Positions 1 through 7,097 of a stretch of DNA of 7,097 nt are shown piece after piece; the stretch's first letter is position 1; the number at the start of each line of letters is the position of its first letter. The notes beneath the pieces are model-generated. The model saw only the letters and a program-made list of their open reading frames with translations. It was not told the DNA's origin and searched no databases. The position numbers and the translations under genes are program-made. The stretch comes from Takakia lepidozioides (taxonomy: Eukaryota > Plantae > Bryophyta), in NCBI GenBank assembly GCA_030704615.1, contig JAKLZA010000340.1:1-7097 (forward strand). Direction: 5' to 3'.

Positions 1-402
1 GTACCCACCGACGGAGGTGGAACGTGTTCATCACGCCAGCGGTGGATGAACCCATACATCTTTCTCATCAACAAGTTATAGTTTGAGATCTGCCACCGAA
101 GTCCATCCCCCCGGATGGAAATTCGGCGCCGCATTTACATCGAAGAGGGGATGGACTTCGTCGTGTCCAGTGGCTATCGGCCCACCTGGCAGTGACTGCC
201 CATAGTTTGCATGGCAGGGTAGGAAACTGAAACGGCTACATTCATGCAGCAGCCAATCTTCATCGGTCCAGGATCCTGTACGGGGGAAATTTAAATGTGC
301 CCTGGAGTGTGCCCTGGAATGTACCTCACTTCTGTATGACTGTGTTTCATTGTGTTGAATAACTCTCGGATTTGGCCCACTGTTTACAATTTGATGTCTC
401 AT
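1..402 (-). CDS. Partial spliced gene of unknown function continuing past the left edge
   Basis: ORF 402-76 joined through a putative intron 90-156 (GTCCAT..GGCAG, phase 0) gives ...WTDEDWLLHECSRFSFLPCHANYGQSLPGGPIATGHDE|ISNYNLLMRKMYGFIHRWRDEHVPPPSVG, open to the edge. A further intron at 276-329 is possible. The start codon is uncertain and I recognise no motif. Confidence 0.4.
97..160. repeat. 64-nt inverted repeat (hairpin) with a palindrome copy at its apex
   Basis: CGAAGTCCATCCCC (97-110) is the exact reverse complement of GGGGATGGACTTCG (147-160). The inner part GATGGAAATTCGGCGCCGCATTTACATC (114-141) is an imperfect palindrome of the same family. Confidence 0.9.
296..319. repeat. 12-bp tandem duplication
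   Basis: TGTGCCCTGGAG followed by TGTGCCCTGGAA. Confidence 0.8.
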
Positions 403-482
403 TTCTACAATTTGTCTGTCTGGTTGAATAAAGCAGAGTAACCGGTATGTGAGTCATGTGTCAAGAATATACCAGAGTAACG

Positions 483-745
483 CCATGTCGGACATTGAAA
501 TGCGGCACCGCATTTCCATGTCGGCATCGAAATGCGGCGCCGCATTTCCATGTCGGGATCGAAATGCGGTGCCGCATTTCCATGTCCACATCGAAATGCG
601 GCACAGCATTTCCATGTCGGACATCGAAATGCGGCACAGCATTTCCATGTCGGACATCGAAATTCGGCACCGCATTTCCATGTCGGACATCGAAATGCGG
701 CACCGCATTTCCATGTGGGACAAGAAAATGCGGTGCATCATTTCC
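483..745. repeat. Tandem array of 8 palindromic units, period 32-33 bp, consensus CATGTCGGACATCGAAATGCGGCACCGCATTTC
   Basis: Palindrome cores start at 497, 529, 561, 593, 626, 659, 692 and 725 (the last is degenerate). The linker ATGTC-G-GACAT is near constant. Confidence 0.97.
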
Positions 746-807
746 GTCCAGGTACACGAAATACCAACACGGGTCTATAAATTGATCAGAAAACGAGGTT
801 GGCATTG

Positions 808-1392
808 CAAATGCGGCGACGCATTTCCAGCTTGGCAATGGAAACTTCTTTTTGGACAAGGGAATGCGGTGCCGCATTTCCGTCCAACACTTCGAAAAGT
901 GCACCTATTTCCGACCAGCGCGATGGAATGCGTTACCGCATTTCCGAGAGAGGGTCTGCAAATTGACAAATTGCGATGTCCGTTCTGGAAATGCGGCGCC
1001 GCATTTCCATGTCCGTCATCGACTTTTTTTTTACAATGGAATGCGGTGCCAGTTTTTGCTGATGGGTCTGCAGTTCGAACAACCACCATCCCCAATATGG
1101 AAATGCGGCACCGCATTTCCAATCCCGCCATGTCGGCCTCCTTGTTCGACCTCCTTGTTCGACCTCTGTAAGCGTGGTGGCATCCATGCAATGAGCGGGA
1201 GAGGCCAAAACTGGCGTGTGGACAAAGGAAATTTTGGAAATGCGGCACCGCATTCCCAATTCAGATTACTTTTTACTATGCCAACATTGAAATGGAAAAA
1301 TTAGTCCCTCCCCTGTTTTGGAAATGCGGTGCCGCATTTCCAAAAGAGGTTCTTAGAGTTGCCAAAATTTTGGAAATGCCCTGACCCATTTC
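808..1392. repeat. Dispersed cluster of the same palindrome separated by unique DNA
   Basis: Copies at 808-827, 861-880, 925-944, 986-1009 (perfect 24-bp TGGAAATGCGGCGCCGCATTTCCA), 1038-1050 (half), 1098-1121, 1236-1257, 1316-1345 (14-bp arms) and 1373-1392 (degenerate). Confidence 0.95.
1137..1166. repeat. 13-bp tandem duplication
   Basis: CCTCCTTGTTCGA x2 followed by CCTC. Confidence 0.85.
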
Positions 1393-1529
1393 TGATTTTG
1401 GTAGCGTCCTGGTTTGGGCGATTGTGTGGCTGGAATGCACACTGGAGAGGGGTCACGAATGTCGGGCAGAATTTTCTTTATATACTCTGGAAGAGAATTT
1501 ACATTTACAGAGACTTCATTAAAATTCTA

Positions 1530-4500
1530 TTAATCTTGAAAATCATCGGAATCCTCATCCTGTTCTAGACTGTCCTGCTCCTCCTCCACCCCCTCAGTGC
1601 CTCTCTCATCTCCAGCGGACTGCTCGTTGGCCAGGCTTTCGAAAATCCCATCTTCCCCTTGCGGAACTGTCCATCTCACCTCCGTTGGGTCGTCTTCCTC
1701 CCTGTCTGCGTCGCTCTCATCCGCTGAATCACATATGTACTTTCGTACCCGTCTACCTGTCTGAGCTGCTGCCAACTCTTTCCTTATCCTTCTGTCCTCC
1801 CTAGCCCTCTCCAAAATCTGCTCTACTTTACTGGGATTCTCACTTCTTCTAATCGCTGTATTTGCGAGTTTAGCTGCATAACTAGGAAGGGAGTAGTCCC
1901 TCACCGGGCTCGTCATGAAGTCGGCCCTCGCAAAGAACGGGACATTCTTCCTGGCAGGAAGTGTAGGCCCTACATGTTTCGACCCGGACCCTGCAATCCT
2001 GCACATGACAATCATCAACGAGACTAATGAGAACCACAGTCGGGAAATTCCTTTGACATAAATGACCCAGAAGGCTTTGCAAACTTACAATGTTTGCACT
2101 CACTCGTATTCCGGGTTCTCCTCTGCATCAATGTCCACTGTGTCTTCCTCGGACTCCGACGAATCCGAGGAGACTTCCGCTCTGTCGGGAGCCTTCACAT
2201 TCCGTTGCAGCCCCTCCAGATGGGATCCCCACACGGATGAATCCTCCTCGTAGGCAAAGAGGTGCCGGTCGGAAAACCGCCCAGCCCACATTGAGGCACC
2301 TGTTACAATGCCATCCACACATTACCACATGGCGCTTCAGATGTTGCGAACTACATCCTAACGAGAATTTGCAGAACAGCAGAGATCAAGATTCTGCATA
2401 CCTGTCCCACAGATGAGGTCCAGCACTGTGCCCTCCACGTCTGTGCATGTCTCCATAATTGTCTGAATGAAGGCAGGGCTCCGAGTCCGTGAGTACCGCA
2501 GGGGTTCCGTTGAAGTGAGGCTATGAGGGAGAAGTTCCTTGGGAACGTTGTTGAACAGAACGTCGTAATCGAGTGGGTCGCAGTTCGGGTCAACCTTTCC
2601 TCCCTCCTTCCGGAAAGCAAAGGTGGAGTTTTCCTTCACAAAGCAGTATGCATCGAACTGCTTTGTCTGCATACACAGGGGGAAAACGATTAGAAACCGA
2701 ATGCGGCACCGCATTTGAAAGCACCCAAGCAAATGAATGGACGAGTGCCAGTGTCGTAATCACCTTCTTCCCTTCCGACCGAAGGCCCAGTGTGTTGATG
2801 CACGTCCACTTCTTTTTCAGAATCGGGACGGCGCTCTTGCGGGTCCACTTCGCAATTCCTGTCTGAGTGTTTTTTCCTCTGCTCGCCAGGACAACCACAC
2901 AGCCTCTGTCGTCCAACACCATGCGGGCAAGCCCGAATCCTTTCTTCCAAAAGTCCTCCGAGTACCTGTTCCAAGATGGCAAAGCTTGCAGTCCTTCCAC
3001 AGGCTCTCCGTCCGGAATATCCAAGATGATCATATCGCAAGACCACTCGGTGGCATTTCCGCCCCTCCTACAATCCTTGTCTGCACACACCCTCTCAAAG
3101 AACGAGACCATATTCTGAAATCCTGGGGTGTCGGAAGGCTCTTCGGCAGTCGCCTTCTTCAGTGCTCTGCCCTTCAGACCCTCCATGGTCTTCATGTATG
3201 CCAACTTGGCTGCCCGTCCATCCAAAGCCGCCAAGAAACTCTCATTTACACACTGGACTACAGTTTCGGGAGCCACTTTCGGCCTCTTCATTTCCACCGG
3301 CTCGAAAGGGTGCCCCCTGGGGGGTTGAAGAGTGCCTTCTTTGCCGAGCCAGTTCTCGTGCCTCTGGTGACAACGGTGGGCACAGGGGAGGCAGCCTGCG
3401 TTTGGGGGTGGGCTGGTTGCAAAGTCTCCATCGGAGTCCTCTTCCTCACCCTCTTCCTGAACAGGCTGTTTCTGCTTCTTCGTTTTGGCGGGTGTCACAA
3501 CAGCTGCTCCTTGCTGGCGAGTCCTCTTCTTCGACCTCTTCTGTTGGGCCTGCACAGCTGCATCCACCGTCTTTTGTGCCATCTCAGCTGCCTTTCTGGA
3601 TTCTTCCAGAGCAGCAGATTCCTTTGCCGACTTTGGCCCAGCAGGGACACGTCTTTCCTTTCTCTTCTCTTCTGCCAAGGCGTGCAGATCTTTCTCAGAC
3701 TCGTCAACAATACCGCCAGACATGTCCAGGTGCCACGGGCATCCAACGAGATGCGCGGGATGCCATTGTTTCTGCATCTCGGGTGTGTAGACACAGCTTG
3801 GGCCCGCCACGGTCCAAGCCATGAAGAACGGGGGCTCTTGAGCCAGGGCCCCTGTCTGAAGGAGCACGTATTTCATATACCTGCAAGGCAGTCAGCATGC
3901 GTGAGCAAAACTTGAGACCAACCTACTCGCAGAGTGCCACCGAAAACATAAAATGCGAATGCGGTGCCGCATTTCCGAGACAAACCTCGTAACCAGGCTT
4001 CGCATACAAGGGCAGCTGTGCTTCACCTGTAAACAATTCGCATTGCAGCTTTCCCGCTCCCTCCTGATGTGTAAACTCCACGCTCTTTCTTGCTGTCTGT
4101 AGCTCTCTGGCGAAAAGGTTGTCCTTGTACGCACATCTGAAACGTGTCACGTAGTCTTCCAATGTCTGTGTTCCATCCCATTTGACGTACAAGCCGAACG
4201 AATTTGTGTGCATTACGACTTGCTCCTTTGCATTCGACATTACCTGCCATTCCCAAATGCATTGTCACGTAGCAGTTCAGGGAATTCATGTCAGAAAAGC
4301 AAATCTGGGGAAGTACCTTGAATTACCTGGAACCACCAAGTCATACGGTTGAGCCACACATCCACTGCAGGGTCGGAAACTTCCAGTGGAAAAGACCACA
4401 TTGTCCTTATGCTCTCGGATGCATTCCAGATCGACAGCCACCGTGTCTGCCATTTCCGATCCAATGTCAGTGGCTGGAAGAGAGTGGCTATTGCTAGGAA

Positions 4501-5713
4501 GGAAATTCAGTGCATTGAAACCTCACCTTCTCTTTCGCCTCCACACATGCCGTTGAGAGGTGATGCAGTTTCTCCAATTGCATGGTCGGCTGCATGGCCC
4601 GAGAATAGTGTTTTGCAATCTCGGGGATGAAGTCCTTTCCAAGTGCCGGATCTGCAATTGCCACCAGCTTCACAAGCTTTGACTTGTATTTGGTTCTGGA
4701 CTTGACACCGGCTTCCTTCAAGTGCTCAGTCAATGACTGCAACGTTTTGACCTGCCCCTCACTTTCCATGAAGAAGCGTTTGGCATGGGCCAAATCCAGC
4801 TTGATGTTTGACTGCCAACAAAAACATGCAGAAGCGTTACATTCGATTCATGTGGAAACATTACTGGAAATTGGGGAAGGATGAGCAGAGGGAAATTGGA
4901 GCACGACTTACTTCGTATATCACCTCCACCATTCCATCCATAGTGAGACGATACCATGTCCGGTCTGTTTTTGCAACGGCTTTCTGAATGAGCTCCGGCT
5001 CCAGCATTTCCGCAAACATCTGCGGATCAGTAAGACCAGTTTTCCTCACCCTGTACAGCATATGTGCCATGTGGGTATGCACGTACGCATTCTCAGTGAC
5101 CCTGCAAGGCACACTCTCCAGTTCAGTACACGGAAGCACGGAATCAAACCAGAATGGAAACCGAAATGCGGCACCGCATTTCGAATGTGCTAGGGAGGGT
5201 ATGAGTATCTTACGAGTTGAGGTCCGCCATGGCATTCTTGAGGAGGGAGGAGTCTGCCGCCTTCACCTTGAGGATGACACACTCCACCATGTAATGCCAG
5301 CCAATGTGCTTGGCATGGTTCTGCTTGATGTACTCCCACCAGGCGAGAAGTCGGTGATTCCCGTCCCACACAAAGAACATTTTTCCCGACATATGGCCGA
5401 AGTCGGGATCACCCTTCAGCGTCGCCTCGAATTCGTGGTTGCGAGTGTGCCAGTGGGTATCCCACGTTGACAATTCATCGGCAGTGGGTCCACGGGTTTC
5501 GCCGTCCTCATTCTCTATGGAAACGTAAAACGCTGCCGATCCCAGACGGTACCCGCTTCTCGAAATGCGAACTTTGAGCTTATCCACATCTCCGGGAAAG
5601 GGCCTGCCTGACGATGGGAAGGGAGACCATGCGACAGAGTGGGATTCGAAGAGTCCGCTGGAATACCCTGCTGCCAGAACTCTGCCAATGCTACTGTGTG
5701 TCTCCTCCAACAT
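1530..5713 (-). CDS. Spliced ParB/Srx-like + beta-class amino (N6A/N4C) DNA methyltransferase-like fusion protein, about 1125 aa from ATG 5713 (true start probably upstream). Exons: 5713-5214, 5101-4912, 4811-4527, 4446-4327, 4243-4008, 3880-2764, 2666-2402, 2299-2104, 1998-1530
   Basis: Manual splicing at GT..AG sites gives introns 5102-5213, 4812-4911, 4447-4526, 4244-4326, 3881-4007, 2667-2763, 2300-2401 and 1999-2103. All phases match. Exons total 3378 nt (1126 codons) and end in TAA at 1532-1530. Splicing rebuilds a continuous MTase motif across one junction (VLDLICGT|GASMWAGRFSDRHLFAYEED). The donor at 4007 is the least certain, with an alternative at 3985 that would need a frameshift. 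Confidence 0.85.
2210..3261 (-). other. Beta-class amino-methyltransferase-like domain (N6_N4_Mtase type), split by two introns
   Basis: Motifs occur in beta order. CDMIILDIPDG is at the motif IV position (DIPD 3021-3010). LARMVLDDRGCVVVL resembles rvLkpgG-hydrophobic. RSPAFIQTIMETCTDVEGTVLDLICGTG resembles KP..l...lI...t..gd.VLDPF.GSG (motif X-I). ASMWAGRFSDRHLFAYEED resembles tt..aa...gR..igiE.d (motif II). Confidence 0.8.
2698..2717. repeat. Intronic palindrome copy (intron 2667-2763)
   Basis: CGAATGCGGCACCGCATTTG. Confidence 0.92.
3956..3976. repeat. Intronic palindrome copy (intron 3881-4007)
   Basis: CGAATGCGGTGCCGCATTTCC. Confidence 0.92.
5162..5183. repeat. Intronic palindrome copy (intron 5102-5213)
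   Basis: CGAAATGCGGCACCGCATTTCG, with perfect 10-bp arms. Confidence 0.95.
5214..5660 (-). other. ParB/sulfiredoxin-fold (ParB N-terminal-like) domain
   Basis: KMFFVWDGNHRLLAW (DGNHR at 5365-5351) matches the hydrophobic strand + DG-x-H-R + helix signature of the ParB/Srx fold. It is followed by a VECVIL strand and an AMADLN helix. Confidence 0.7.
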
Positions 5714-6740
5714 TTTATCCGCTGCACTTTTGAAATCCTCCGAGACATGTCTGTAGGTGCCGGTAGTGGCTGAGCAGGTGGAGCATCCTCAACTGGAGCT
5801 GCACTCTGGGGCCTGTGTGCGGGCAATTCTGCCACTGCAGAGGCCTCCTCCGGGCCTGCTAGCTCATCGGTGGTGAGGTCTGCCTGCGAACGTTCAGCGG
5901 CAGCACCCTCCTCCGGTACCAAATCGAGATCAACGGTCGATCCCATTGCCTTCGCTGCAGCAGAGTCGGCCCCAACATCTGCAGGCGGGAAATCCTCCAG
6001 GAACTGAGCTTCAGCTCGTGGAAGCGGTTTTTGCGGGAGATTGTTCGGGCCGTCGCCCTGATTGCCTTCTGCTTCCTCATCCTTGCAGGTGAAGGTGTCT
6101 GCTGCAATAGAATCTGTCTTCTACCTGCTGCTTCATTCGCGTTGGGGGGGGTGAATCGGCCTGAGCCGGTTCAGAAGCCAGTAGAGGGACGGGCTGCTTC
6201 TTCTTCGACTTTGCTGGAGAAGGGCCCGACCCCTGCTGGCGATTCTCCATGATCGAAGAACGCGAGTCGATCTCTGAGACTTTGAACTTGCCCTTCGAAG
6301 ACGCGTCTTTGAATCGCAGAGGGCTAGGCCCGGCAGGAGTACCCGCGCTCGGGGATCGGGTGGGTGTACGTGCTGCAGCTAGCTCCTCGACTCTTCCTGC
6401 GGCTCTTCGGATTCCTGCGATCCCTCCAGCACGTCCACCTTTCCTGTTAGGCATGCAAACATGTTCTGCATTCAAGTCTCCTAGCATTCAGTCTAAGAAT
6501 TACAGAAGCAAATGGGGGTTCGGTGCTCGATCAGCTGCGCGCAGCCCGATCGCATGGAGCTCTCACTGGTGGCTGGGTGCCTGAGTGGCCTGCTGCTCGG
6601 AGATGGCAATCTCCTCCTTAGTAGACGCATCTGCTTTCTCCCCTTCGGCATTGGCCTACGTCCGAAGTATAATTTTCCGGAGCTTTGCGACGAGGTCTCC
6701 TGTCTGGTGCACGAACTCCCCCCCTCTCAGGTTCGAGCAT
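5714..6740 (-). pseudogene. Probable low-complexity N-terminal coding region of the same gene, interrupted by frameshifts (decay or assembly indels)
   Basis: Successive A/E/P/S/K-rich segments lie in different frames: MLEPERGG..RRPRRKAPENYT (ATG 6740); ANAEGEKADASTKEE..SHQ; a likely intron at about 6444-6566 (GTGAGA..CTAACAG); KGGRAGG..PAKSKKKQ; TDSIAAD..EEAEG..PAPTD; then VSEDFKSAADKM leading into ATG 5713. Frame switches are needed near 6655, 6120 and 5750. Confidence 0.55.
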
Positions 6741-6815
6741 AAGAAGAACAGAGAGAGGAAAAGGGGCAAAGAGTGCAGATGGAAAGGGCGCGAGAGGGTG
6801 ACTGAGGAGACACGA
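6741..6815 (-). promoter_or_regulatory. Pyrimidine-rich (CT) leader immediately 5' of the candidate ATG at 6740
   Basis: The minus strand reads ...CTCTTTGCCCCTTTTCCTCTCTCTGTTCTTCTT-ATG. CT-rich tracts are typical of plant 5' UTRs and core promoters. Confidence 0.35.
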
Positions 6816-7087
6816 CAAAAGTAGATGAAACGCGGTGATGCACCACTTGGGTTCGAAAGTTGGACGAAAGTGTCTCCTCGTGGAGTTTGCGTCATTACGA
6901 AATTCGAATCGTTGAGGGTACGCCCGCCGTCCGAAAATCAAACATCATTATCCAACGGTCAGGCCGCGCCGCCTCATGCCCTTCAGTCAGATAGAGTGCC
7001 GACATGTGCAGCAAATTCCGTTGCTCCACGTGTTCACATTTCAAAGGCATTTCCGTCCCAGCGTTCATGAGTTTGGAGCGAGAATGC

Positions 7088-7097
7088 GAATGCGGCG
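7088..7097. repeat. Probable palindrome copy truncated by the window edge
   Basis: GAATGCGGCG, in the same AATGCGAATGCGG context seen at 3952-3964. Confidence 0.6.

Larger units (their letters stand above)
1..7097. mobile_element. Possible internal segment of a large mobile or virus-like element (inferred; no termini or transposase seen)
   Basis: One palindrome family spans the window from edge to edge, two genes are closely packed and co-oriented, and the cargo domains are of prokaryote/phage type. Confidence 0.4.

Noticed and set aside
449-1304. Overlapping ORFs with MSDIEMRHRIS or KCGTAFPC repeats
   Set aside because: These are artefacts of a stop-free 33-bp self-complementary repeat that is open in most frames on both strands.
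483-1392. CRISPR array
   Set aside because: Array linkers are 12-13 nt and near identical. In the dispersed part, gaps are irregular (about 30-115 nt) and repeat orientation alternates. There are no cas genes, and the context is spliced eukaryotic DNA.
1498-1509. TGTAA x2 on the minus strand just after the stop codon, as an algal-type poly(A) signal
   Set aside because: The motif is too short and the host is unknown, so it cannot be supported without 3' end data.
2737-3915. 392-aa plus-strand ORF and other plus-strand ORFs such as 4988-5470 and 3162-3824
   Set aside because: They are antisense shadows of the minus-strand exons and show no recognisable motifs.
497-5183. Bacterial REP elements or intrinsic terminators
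   Set aside because: There is no GTAG/CGTC tetranucleotide, no RAYT gene and no consistent U-tract, and several copies are intronic.
1530-5713. Operon of several small prokaryotic genes
   Set aside because: The ORF pieces are bounded by phase-compatible GT-AG sites, and an MTase motif is only complete after splicing.
6534-6545. GCTGCGCGCAGC 12-bp palindrome in the putative first intron
   Set aside because: It is a single copy unrelated to the main motif and could arise by chance in GC-rich DNA.

Overview
This is eukaryotic, intron-containing DNA. It looks plant-like, and a non-seed plant such as a bryophyte is my unverified guess. Most of the window is one large minus-strand gene that the ORF track breaks into pieces. 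Eight GT-AG introns of 80-127 nt join those pieces into an in-frame CDS of about 1125 aa from 5713 down to 1530. A disrupted low-complexity N-terminal extension probably reaches 6740. The protein fuses a ParB/Srx-like domain (FFVWDGNHR) to a beta-class N6-adenine/N4-cytosine DNA methyltransferase-like domain of prokaryotic type (IILDIPDG ... VLDLICGTG). About 22 copies of one palindrome, (G)GAAATGCGG-YR-CCGCATTTC(C), occur in the window. They lie in an 8-unit 32-33 bp tandem array, in a dispersed cluster 3' of the gene, and singly inside introns, with no full copy in an exon. A second spliced minus-strand gene probably runs off the left edge. My best hypothesis is an internal segment of a large mobile or virus-like element carrying a ParB-MTase protein and parS-like cis sites. 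No transposase or element termini are visible, and all calls are by eye without database searches.
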